Shown here: piece after piece, positions 1-7,424 of the stretch
How positions within the stretch are numbered: the first letter of the stretch is position 1
How the letters are laid out: each line of letters begins with the position of its first letter
NCBI GenBank assembly: GCA_044236545.1
Contig: JBIIGI010000005.1
Coordinates: forward strand, 1-62,724
From: Chthoniobacterales bacterium
GTDB lineage: Bacteria > Verrucomicrobiota > Verrucomicrobiia > Chthoniobacterales > UBA6821
DNA length: 62,724 nt
Reading direction: 5' to 3'
Notes under the pieces: model-generated
Told to the model about the DNA's origin: nothing
Seen by the model: the letters and a program-made list of their open reading frames with translations, nothing else
The model's database searches: none
Position numbers and translations under genes: made by a program

Positions 1-244
1 CGAGGGTGGCTCCCACCGCGTAGCTCTCGCCTGTCACGGCCGTGAGTTCGTGGAGAATGCCGCCGCAGGGAGCGGTGACTCCCATCACGGCCTTGTTGGT
101 CTCCACCTCGAGGAGGTCGGTGTCGGCTTCCACGCGGTCTCCGACGGCGAAAGCCGCGCGCACGATGGTCGCCTCGGCGATGGACTCGCCGAGTTGCGGC
201 ATGATGATCGGGAGGAGGTTCTTGGAATCGGGTGAAGGGAACAT
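1..244 (-). CDS. 2-oxoacid dehydrogenase E2 (dihydrolipoamide acyltransferase), N-terminal lipoyl domain; 3' end runs off the window
   Basis: Hand translation of the minus strand from ATG at 244-242 gives MFPSPDSKNLLPIIMPQLGESIAEATIVRAAFAVGDRVEADTDLLEVETNKAVMGV... This is a lipoyl-attachment fold with the lipoyl-lysine motif ETNKA. It lies directly downstream of the E1 genes. It is absent from the ORF track because there is no stop inside the window. Confidence 0.75.
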   Translation of the reverse strand, partial: MFPSPDSKNLLPIIMPQLGESIAEATIVRAAFAVGDRVEADTDLLEVETNKAVMGVTAPCGGILHELTAVTGESYAVGATL

Positions 245-274
245 GGCGAGGGATCGTGTTGGAAAATCGCGGGA

Positions 275-1243
275 TTAAAGTTCCAGGAGTTGACGGAGCG
301 AGTTGGCGACGGAGGAGGCGGTGGGCCGGTGGGTCCCCCAGAGCGCGGGATGATAGGGAACCGGAGTTTCCTTAGCGTTGAGCCGCTGAGGCGGTGCGTC
401 GAGGAGTCCGAAGCCCTCGGCGGCGACGCGGGTGATCACCTCGGCGGCGACGCCGCCCCAGGGCCACGCCTCCCCGACCACCAGCAGGCGTCCTGTCCGG
501 GCGACGGAGGCGAGGATTGTGTCGGTGTCGATCGGGCGGACCGTGCGGAGGTCGACCACCTCGATCTCGTAACCGTCGTTGGCAAGTTCCTCGGCGGCGG
601 CAACGGCCTCATGGACCATGGCGCCGTATGCCACGACGGTGGCGTCCCTTCCTGGGAGCGTGATCCTGGCCTTCCCGAAGGGAAGAGCCTCCGCGGGAAG
701 TTTGTCAGCCTTGAGGTGATAGTAGAGGAACTTGTGCTCGCAGAAGATGACGGGATCGTCGAGGGCGACCGCCTCCAGCAGCATCGTGTAGGCGTCCTCC
801 ACGGTGGCCGGGGTCATGACGATGAGACCCGGATAGTGGGCATAGATCGCCTCCATGCTCTGGCTGTGAAAGGGGCCGCTTCCCGGCGTCCCCCCGCTCG
901 GAAGGCGGAGCACCAGCGGGCAGGGGGTGCCCGTCCGGTAATGAAGGGTGGCCGCCTGGTTGACGATCTGGTTGAAGCCGCAGGTCGAGAAATCGGCGAA
1001 CTGCATCTCCACGATGGGGCGCATCCCCTCGATGGCGGCTCCGATGGCGAGCCCCACCATCGCATCCTCGCTGATCGGCGAATCCAGGACGCGGCCAGGG
1101 AATTCCTTGGCGAGATTCTTGGTCGCCTTGAAGGCCCCGCCGAACCCGCCTATGTCCTGGCCGTAGATGAAGACACGCGGGTCCTCGGCAAGGGCGCGCT
1201 GCTGCGCCAGACGGATTGCCTCGAGATAGGTGATGCTGCTCAT
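275..1243 (-). CDS. 2-oxoacid (pyruvate/acetoin/branched-chain type) dehydrogenase E1 beta subunit
   Basis: ORF 275..1399. The conserved sequence begins at internal ATG 1243 (MSSITYLEAIRLAQQRALAEDPRVFIYGQDIGGFGGAFKATK...), which is typical of E1 beta. ATGA start/stop overlap with the E1 alpha stop at 1240-1242. Confidence 0.9.
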   Translation of the reverse strand: MSSITYLEAIRLAQQRALAEDPRVFIYGQDIGGFGGAFKATKNLAKEFPGRVLDSPISEDAMVGLAIGAAIEGMRPIVEMQFADFSTCGFNQIVNQAATLHYRTGTPCPLVLRLPSGGTPGSGPFHSQSMEAIYAHYPGLIVMTPATVEDAYTMLLEAVALDDPVIFCEHKFLYYHLKADKLPAEALPFGKARITLPGRDATVVAYGAMVHEAVAAAEELANDGYEIEVVDLRTVRPIDTDTILASVARTGRLLVVGEAWPWGGVAAEVITRVAAEGFGLLDAPPQRLNAKETPVPYHPALWGTHRPTASSVANSLRQLLEL

Positions 1244-2286
1244 CGGATGGCCTCCCCGTTCCTGCCAAGCGCCGCGAAGGCGTTCCAATCCTCCTCGGAG
1301 GGGTCGGGGGCCGGCTCGCGGAGAACCTTGGAGGAAGTCTCCTCGACCTCCCTCTCGACCTCCACGCGCCATGCGGCCGCCTCGTCCGCGGTGATCCATC
1401 CCTTGTCGAGCAGGGTCTCCAAGGCGATCTCCAGGCAGTCACGGCCAAGCGGGGATTTTTTCAGGGCGGCCGGAATGTAGGAGGCGTCGTCATGCTCCCC
1501 GTGACCGACGAGTCGAAGGAGGTCGGCCACCACGAGCTGCGGCCCATCGCCGGCGCGGGCTGCGGTCACGGCATCACCGATGACCCCGAGACAGTCCGCC
1601 AGATCATTCCCGACGGCGCGTCGGCCGGTCACTCCGTATCCTGCCGCGCGCGCCATCAGATCGGCGCAGGCGAACTGGCGGTCGTTGGGTGTCGAGTAGG
1701 AGAACTGGTTGTTGGCGACCACGACCACGAGCGGCAGCTTCTCCACGGCGGCCATGTTCATCCCCTCGTGGAAGCTTCCCGTGGAGGTTCCCCCCTCGCC
1801 GATGCAGGTGGCGCCGACGGCCCCTGTCTCGCCGCGGAAGCGTTTGGCCATGAGGCTGCCGCAGACGGTGGAGACCATCGCCCCGAGATGACTGATCATG
1901 GCATGATATCCCTCGGAGGGGCGGCCGCGATGAATGTTCCCGTCGCGTCCCCTCATCGGGCCGAGCGCGGAGCCGAGATAGGTGCGCAGCGTGTCGAGGA
2001 TGGTGTCGCCGAAGGCAAGGCGCCCCGCCTGATCGCGGATGAGAGGGGCGTAGACGTCTCCCCTGCGGAGATGAACTCCGAGCGCCGCGCTCAGGGCCTC
2101 CTGACCACGCCCCAGAAAAACGCCGCCGACGATCTTGCCGGAGCGGTAGAGGGCCGCGAGCTTCTCCTCAAGCAGGCGCGCCTCGAGCATCGTGCGGTAC
2201 GCGCGGCGGGCCAACTCGCGGGATCCTCCGCCGGCGCCCCCCCCGGAACGGCCTCTTTTCGGCGCGGCGGTCGGACTCTTGCTCAT
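1240..2286 (-). CDS. 2-oxoacid dehydrogenase E1 alpha subunit (TPP-dependent)
   Basis: 348-aa ORF. TPP-binding region GEGGTSTGSFHEGMNMAAVEKLPLVVVVANNQFSYSTP. Operon order is E1alpha-E1beta-E2. Confidence 0.9.
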   Translation of the reverse strand: MSKSPTAAPKRGRSGGGAGGGSRELARRAYRTMLEARLLEEKLAALYRSGKIVGGVFLGRGQEALSAALGVHLRRGDVYAPLIRDQAGRLAFGDTILDTLRTYLGSALGPMRGRDGNIHRGRPSEGYHAMISHLGAMVSTVCGSLMAKRFRGETGAVGATCIGEGGTSTGSFHEGMNMAAVEKLPLVVVVANNQFSYSTPNDRQFACADLMARAAGYGVTGRRAVGNDLADCLGVIGDAVTAARAGDGPQLVVADLLRLVGHGEHDDASYIPAALKKSPLGRDCLEIALETLLDKGWITADEAAAWRVEVEREVEETSSKVLREPAPDPSEEDWNAFAALGRNGEAIR

Positions 2287-2386
2287 CGGTTGAAGCTAGC
2301 GGGTCGGGGAAGAAAAATGGAGCACTTTATTGCGCATTTCCACGCCCCGCAAAAAACCGGAGGACGTCGGGAAGAGGAGAGCTCCG

Positions 2387-2812
2387 CTACGGGAGGGATT
2401 TCCAGAGCAACATCAGGATCACCGCCAGCACAGCGCAGAGGAAGAGGAACTGAAGTCTCGCGGAACGCTCCTCGGGGCGTGTCATGCGGCGCTGGGAGGA
2501 GGCGGCGCGGCCCGTGGGCCGTCCCGGGGAGTGGCGCTTGTCACGGGGTCTTCCGAAGACATCGTCCGTGGCCGTCGCCAGGGCGCGCAACCGGATCATC
2601 TCCCGCTGCCTGCGCTCCCGTTCCTCGATCTGTTTCGGAAGGTCGGCCACACGGCGCTCCATCTCCTCCTGCTTTTTGCGAAGCTCCGTCTCGCGCAGTT
2701 GTATCTCCTCCAGTTCGCGGCTCAGGCGCGCGCGGTCGTCATCCAGCGGCGCCCTCGATGGGTTCCTGCCCGCGCGCGGCGAGCGCCGTCCGAAAGGGGA
2801 GGGAAGCGGCAT
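2387..2812 (-). CDS. hypothetical coiled-coil protein with C-terminal transmembrane anchor
   Basis: 141-aa ORF. It has a charged heptad-like E/R/K-rich core (RELEEIQLRETELRKKQEEMERRVADLPKQIEERERRQREMIRL) and a hydrophobic C-terminus (LQFLFLCAVLAVILMLLW). No family recognised. Confidence 0.5.
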   Translation of the reverse strand: MPLPSPFGRRSPRAGRNPSRAPLDDDRARLSRELEEIQLRETELRKKQEEMERRVADLPKQIEERERRQREMIRLRALATATDDVFGRPRDKRHSPGRPTGRAASSQRRMTRPEERSARLQFLFLCAVLAVILMLLWKSLP

Positions 2813-2831
2813 GCCTGATCTCGGAGATGGA

Positions 2832-3509
2832 CTACCGCGGCGCGGCGGTCATGAGTTGCCAGACCCAGAAAAAGAGGGCGATGGTTCCGAGAATCAGGAG
2901 AGGCAGCGTGAATGCCAGTCCGCTGCGCAGCCAGTAGGCGAATCCTTGGTCGGCCGCGTCGGAAAAGAACGAGGAGGTCTCCGCCGCAAGGGCTACATCA
3001 CCCTCGGGGGCGGGGGCGATCTTCGCGTGGGAACGCGCGTAGGCCGAGCGGGCCTCGTCCACGGCTCCGAGAGCACGGGTCAGTTCGCGGGGCAGTTCGC
3101 GTCCGTTCCACGACTTGGGATCGATCTCCTCGAGGTTGCGGAGATGCTCGGCAAAGGAATCCTGAACGGTGTTGAGTTGCTCGAGGCGGCGCTGTGCCTC
3201 CTCGGTTTCCCGCTGCACCATGACGATGGCCCGGGTGAGCTTGTCGGCCATCTCGTTGCGGCCCCGCTCGAGTTCCTCCTGCCTGCGGGTCAGTTCCTCA
3301 AGACGCTGTTTCTCCTTCTCGATCTGATCCTGCCTGCGGCGCAGTTCCATGAGCTCCGTCTGGGCCCGCTCTACCTGATGCTGAAGCTCTTCGGCCGAGG
3401 GGGCTTCTGCTTCTTCGAGATCCAACAACTCGTCATGTTCGTTTTTAAAGTCCGACATGGACACAATGGGTAGCGTAGATGGCTCCTTTTGACCCGTAAA
3501 ATCTTCCAT
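2832..3509 (-). CDS. hypothetical coiled-coil protein with C-terminal transmembrane anchor (start 3509 or internal ATG 3458)
   Basis: 225-aa ORF. Long coiled-coil segment (ELQHQVERAQTELMELRRRQDQIEKEKQRLEELTRRQEELERGRNEMADKL...). C-terminal TM LAFTLPLLILGTIALFFWVW. It sits 13 bp downstream of yggS. Confidence 0.55.
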   Translation of the reverse strand: MEDFTGQKEPSTLPIVSMSDFKNEHDELLDLEEAEAPSAEELQHQVERAQTELMELRRRQDQIEKEKQRLEELTRRQEELERGRNEMADKLTRAIVMVQRETEEAQRRLEQLNTVQDSFAEHLRNLEEIDPKSWNGRELPRELTRALGAVDEARSAYARSHAKIAPAPEGDVALAAETSSFFSDAADQGFAYWLRSGLAFTLPLLILGTIALFFWVWQLMTAAPR

Positions 3510-3521
3510 AAGGCGGATTTT

Positions 3522-4202
3522 TTACACTCCGTCGAAAATCGCCGATCCAACCCTTACCAGCGTCGCCCCCTCCTCAACCGCCACCTCGAAGTCGCCGCTC
3601 ATGCCCATGGAGAGGACCCCGAACGGGATGCCTGCGTGCGCCGCCATCCGGTCGCGAAGCTCCCGCAACCCTGCGAAGAAGGGTCTTGCCGCCTCCGCTT
3701 CGGGGGCCAGCGGGGCCATGGTCATGAATCCCTCCACCTGCAGGCGAGGCAGCGCGAGCAGTGTCTCCAGATCACGCTCCAACTGCTCCGGACGGAAGCC
3801 ATGCTTGCTCCCCTCGCCGGAGACATTCACCTCCAGGAGCACGCGGGGAAAGAGGCCCATCTCGCCGGCGATCCGGTCGATCTCTCCCGCCAACTCCGCC
3901 GAGTCCACCGAGTGGATCAGCTCGAAGAGCGGCAGCGCCTTGCGAATCTTGTTCGACTGGAGGTGACCCACGAGGTGCCACCGGAGCGATCCCGGAAGGG
4001 AGGGGATCTTCACCATCGCCTCCTGCACCCGGTTCTCCCCGAAGAGGAGCTGGCCTGCATCGACCGCCTCGCGGATCAGCTCGGCGGACTGCTTCTTGGA
4101 GACGGCCACCAGTTCCACTTCCCCCGGATTGCGACCCGCGCGTCGCGCGGCCTTTGCGATCCGGTCGCGGACCCCGGAGAATCTTTCCTGGATCGTCTCC
4201 AT
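3522..4202 (-). CDS. yggS: YggS-family pyridoxal-phosphate homeostasis protein
   Basis: 226 aa. Motifs [26 protein letters not shown] and [27 protein letters not shown] are characteristic of the YggS/PROSC family. Confidence 0.9.
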   Translation of the reverse strand: [226 protein letters not shown]

Positions 4203-4279
4203 CAGCGTCGGGTTCCGGGGATTGTCCGGATGATGTTTTGCCTTGGGATCATGGGATGGATGAGTGCAGACTCTGCACC

Positions 4280-5182
4280 ATGCACATCGAGGGCTTCAAG
4301 GTCTTCTGCGATCTCTGCGACACCAGCAGCTTCTCTCGGGCGGCGGAGGCGAGCGGCATCACGCAGAGCGCGGTGAGCCAGCAGATCCGCGCCGTGGAGA
4401 GGCGCTTCGGTGTCCCGCTCCTTGAGCGGGGCCGGAACTCCTTCACCCTCACCCCCGAGGGGCGTGTTTATCTCGAAGCCTGCCGCGACATCCTCGCCCG
4501 CTTCGAGAGCCTCGGAACCCGCTTCAGGATCGCCCGCGGTGAGTTGGGCGGGGAACTGCGCGTCGCAAGCGTCATCAGCATCGCCCTGCATGACCTCCCC
4601 CCGCTGTTGCGGCGGTTCCGCAAGACGCACCCCGGCGTCGATGTCACAGTCGATTACCGCAAGGGCGATGAAATCTACGACGCTGTTGGGGACGGGCGGG
4701 CCGATCTTGGACTCGTCGCCTATCCCAAGGCGCGCCCCGGACTCCGCGCCATCACATGCTGGCAGGAGCGCCTCGTCCTGGTGATGCCCCCCGGTCACCC
4801 GCTCAACGGAAAGCAACCCATCGCCCTCGGGCAGTTGGAAGGTCACCGCTTTGCCGGACTCACCCCCGACATTCCGACGCGCCGCCATCTCGACAAGGTT
4901 CTTCGTCGGGCAGGCGTCCGGGTTCACTATGTTGCCGAACTCGACAACATCGAGACCGTCAAGGCGGCCGTTGAGGCCGAGGGGGCCGTCTCGATCATTC
5001 CCGAAACCTCCGTGAGGCAGGAAATCCGGCAGGGAAGTCTCACCTCGCGGGAAATCGAGGCCGACCGGATGTGGCGACCCATGGGGGTCATCACACGCCG
5101 TCCCATTCCCTCGAAGGCCTCCCTCCTGGAGTTCCTCAGCCTCCTCGCCCCCCGGGCCAAGGCGCTGATCCCGACGGATTAG
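4280..5182 (+). CDS. LysR-family transcriptional regulator
   Basis: Tail of ORF 3761..5182. The conserved part starts at ATG 4280 (alternative 4256): MHIEGFKVFCDLCDTSSFSRAAEASGITQSAVSQQIRAVERRFGVPLLERGRNSFTLTPEG. That is the LysR wHTH domain, followed by a substrate-binding domain. It is divergent from yggS. Confidence 0.85.
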   Translation: MHIEGFKVFCDLCDTSSFSRAAEASGITQSAVSQQIRAVERRFGVPLLERGRNSFTLTPEGRVYLEACRDILARFESLGTRFRIARGELGGELRVASVISIALHDLPPLLRRFRKTHPGVDVTVDYRKGDEIYDAVGDGRADLGLVAYPKARPGLRAITCWQERLVLVMPPGHPLNGKQPIALGQLEGHRFAGLTPDIPTRRHLDKVLRRAGVRVHYVAELDNIETVKAAVEAEGAVSIIPETSVRQEIRQGSLTSREIEADRMWRPMGVITRRPIPSKASLLEFLSLLAPRAKALIPTD

Positions 5183-5200
5183 GGAACCGTTGATTAAACC

Positions 5201-5275
5201 CAACATTTGCATTGGGATCACGGAATTGAGAGAGGTTAAAAGGGTTGGAACGTTACAGAGTTAAAATGATTACCG
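5201..5275 (+). repeat. intergenic repeat arm-2, copy A
   Basis: caacatttgcattgggatcacggaattgagagaggttaaaagggttggaacgttacagagttaaaatgattacc. Confidence 0.65.
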
Positions 5276-5398
5276 CGAGAGCCCAGGCTCTGGAGTCCCG
5301 GAGGAAACATCCGTAGCAACGAAGCGAAGTGCCGAGCAGAGACTAGAATAAAAAAGGGCTCCTCGCTGTTTTCAGTGGGTAAAAAAGGAAGACAGGGG

Positions 5399-5700
5399 AA
5401 AATCTGGAACTCAAGAACTCAGGAAAAGAAACGGAGGGAAGTAGGATTTGTACCACGGAGGACCGCCGAGTGGCGGGAGGCACGGTTTAGCCTGCGCGGT
5501 AGCACAGCCCTTCAGGGCGAGGTGAGCGGGAGCGAGGCCCATCAAAGGATCTGAAAAAGAGAGGGACCGGAGATCAAGGAATGGCATTCCAGATCCGTCC
5601 AGACCTAGCCAATGACTCCTCTGCCCCGATCTCCTCTGCATTTCGTGAATTTTCCATCTACTCTCTTCCTGATTTCTTGAGTTCCTGAGTTCCAGATTAT
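5399..5700. repeat. GGAACTCA-type inverted-repeat element, copy 1 (arms of about 30 bp, interior of about 235 bp)
   Basis: Left arm aaaatctggaactcaagaactcaggaaaag (5399-5428). Right arm cttcctgatttcttgagttcctgagttccagattat (5665-5700). The two are near-perfect reverse complements. Confidence 0.8.
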
Positions 5701-5781
5701 TTACCTTTTCCCTCGGATCCCTCTGGGGTCAAAGGGCACCCACTCAAAATAGCGAAGAACCTAAAAAAGGCAGTTTCAGCA

Positions 5782-5882
5782 CCTTGTAACATTTTAACGT
5801 TTGAACTTTTTAACTCCCTGAGCCCCCACCATCCGGGTGAACCATCCACACCAGTTGATGCCGCTCTATTGCAAAATCCGGG
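5782..5882 (-). repeat. intergenic repeat arm-1, copy A
   Basis: ccttgtaacattttaacgtttgaactttttaactccctgagcccccaccatccgggtgaaccatccacaccagttgatgccgctctattgcaaaatcc. It shares a 38-nt perfect core with 34495-34596. Confidence 0.8.
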
Positions 5883-5991
5883 TTAAAGAGCATAGAGGCC
5901 GTTGCGGGAAGCCGTAGCGGATGCGAAGCAAGAACCGGTCAAGCCATGGACCGCGGGCGCTGCGCTGCCATTCCGAATATCCCCGAGCCCA

Positions 5992-6450
5992 TTACTTCGC
6001 GGAAGAGGCCGCCGGCAACCCTCCGACCACGCTGCCAGCCATCACTCCGCGCCTGCCGAACCATCCCTGCGGCACCTCGATTGCATAGACAACGGCCTCC
6101 GAGGCGCTGGGGACGGGGGTCTCGTCGAAGGGCTTGAGATCGTGGATCTCGAAGATCCTGCCCGAGGGGCCGACATAGGCGATCGAGAGCGGGACGGGGG
6201 TGTCCTTCATCCAGAAGGCGACGGGTTGCGGCCGGGGGAAGACAAAGAGCATCGCCTCGTTCTCGGCAAGGTTGGTGCGGGACATGAGGCCGCGCTCGCG
6301 GGATGAGTCGTCGTCGGCGATCTGGGCGTCCAGGGAATTCGTGCCGAGGGTCAGCGTGGCCTTGGGCAGGTCGAACTGCGGCTTCGGCGCCGCTTGGAGA
6401 GGCAATGCCGATAAAAAAACTGAAAGCAGAAGCGGGAGCATGTTTCTCAT
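5992..6450 (-). CDS. DUF192-family secreted protein
   Basis: ORF 5992..6618 with the likely start at internal ATG 6450 (MRNMLPLLLSVFLSALPLQA, a signal peptide). The core ERGLMSRTNLAENEAMLFVFPRPQPVAFWMKDTPVPLSIAYV resembles DUF192. Confidence 0.7.
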   Translation of the reverse strand: MRNMLPLLLSVFLSALPLQAAPKPQFDLPKATLTLGTNSLDAQIADDDSSRERGLMSRTNLAENEAMLFVFPRPQPVAFWMKDTPVPLSIAYVGPSGRIFEIHDLKPFDETPVPSASEAVVYAIEVPQGWFGRRGVMAGSVVGGLPAASSAK

Positions 6451-6493
6451 AGGGACGCCGTAGAATGCTTCTCGATCATAGGGGCATGGGGAA

Positions 6494-6657
6494 AATATGG
6501 AACCCAGGAACTCAGGAAGAGACCTGCAACCATTAAGATGCATCCTGTGTCTTTTGAAGGCGTTCTTATGCAAGAGGCCATGCCCCAACCCAGCTGCTTT
6601 ACTCAGGGCGTTCGACAATTTGATTCATTCATTTCCTGATTTCCTGAGTTCCATATT
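6494..6657. repeat. GGAACTCA-type inverted-repeat element, copy 2
   Basis: aatatggaacccaggaactcaggaag (6494-6519) and tttcctgatttcctgagttccatatt (6632-6657). Confidence 0.8.
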
Positions 6658-6764
6658 CAATTCTTTTCCCGTTTTTCTGCGGCAAATTTCTTGCCTTTGG
6701 GCGCCGAATTCCTACTCTGTTCCGGCCTGCGAATTCCTCCATCCGGGCGTCTCATACCACCCGA

Positions 6765-7424
6765 ATGTCGAATTTCTTTCCCAGATGGGCCAATTGGCTC
6801 CCGCTACAGCTGCTGGTCTGTGGGCTGGTTGTCGGCGCCCCCATCACGCTCGGGGTCTGGTATTACTTCACGCCGAAATACACCCGGGTCGGCTACCAAC
6901 CCGACCAGCCGGTTCCCTTCTCCCACGCCCTCCACGTGAAGCAGCTCGGAATGGACTGCCGCTACTGCCACAGCTTCGTCGAGGTGGCCGGCCACTCGAA
7001 TCTCCCCGCCACCCAGACCTGCATCAACTGCCACGGCGAGGGCAAGATCCTCTCCAACAGCCCCCGCCTCGCCCCGGTCCGCGAGAGCTGGAAGACCGGC
7101 CAGCCGATCCCCTGGGTGCAGATCCATCGCCTGCCCGATTACGCCTACTTCAACCACGCTGTCCACGTGAACCGCGGGGTCAGCTGCTACAGCTGCCACG
7201 GAGCGGTCAACGAGATGAGCGTGGTCTACGAGGCCGAGTCCCTGAGCATGAAGTGGTGCCTCGACTGCCATCGCTCCCCCGAGAACTTCCTCCGTCCTCC
7301 CTCGGAGATCTTCAACATGGACTGGCACCCCTCCTCGGCCGCCGAGCAGCGTGAGCTGGGCGCCAGGTTCAAGGAGGAGTGGAAGGTCAACCCACCCGTC
7401 AATTGCGGAGGCTGCCACCGATGA
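6765..7424 (+). CDS. actA: Alternative Complex III subunit ActA (pentahaem cytochrome c)
   Basis: 219 aa. N-terminal TM and five CxxCH motifs (CRYCH, CINCH, CYSCH, CLDCH, CGGCH). First gene of an actABCDEF-ordered cluster. Confidence 0.9.
   Translation: MSNFFPRWANWLPLQLLVCGLVVGAPITLGVWYYFTPKYTRVGYQPDQPVPFSHALHVKQLGMDCRYCHSFVEVAGHSNLPATQTCINCHGEGKILSNSPRLAPVRESWKTGQPIPWVQIHRLPDYAYFNHAVHVNRGVSCYSCHGAVNEMSVVYEAESLSMKWCLDCHRSPENFLRPPSEIFNMDWHPSSAAEQRELGARFKEEWKVNPPVNCGGCHR

Noticed and set aside
290-1480. 396-aa (+) and 247-aa (-) alternative-frame ORFs over the E1 beta/alpha genes
   Set aside because: This is a shadow-frame artefact of a GC-rich coding region. The E1 frames carry clear family motifs.
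3761-4279. 173-codon N-terminal extension of the LysR ORF
   Set aside because: The extension overlaps yggS on the opposite strand and is P/R/S/G-rich. The LysR wHTH starts at ATG 4280 (or 4256).
5411-5641. Small ORFs inside the intergenic repeat mosaics (5411..5641, 27008..27343, 27504..27698, 27547..27861, 34387..34602, 6497..7354)
   Set aside because: They start or end in repeat arms (MEL(R/K/M).. from ATGGAACTCAGG; ..FLSS from TTCCTGAGTTCC). They have no conserved coding features and differ between repeat copies. They are most likely annotation artefacts of the repeats.
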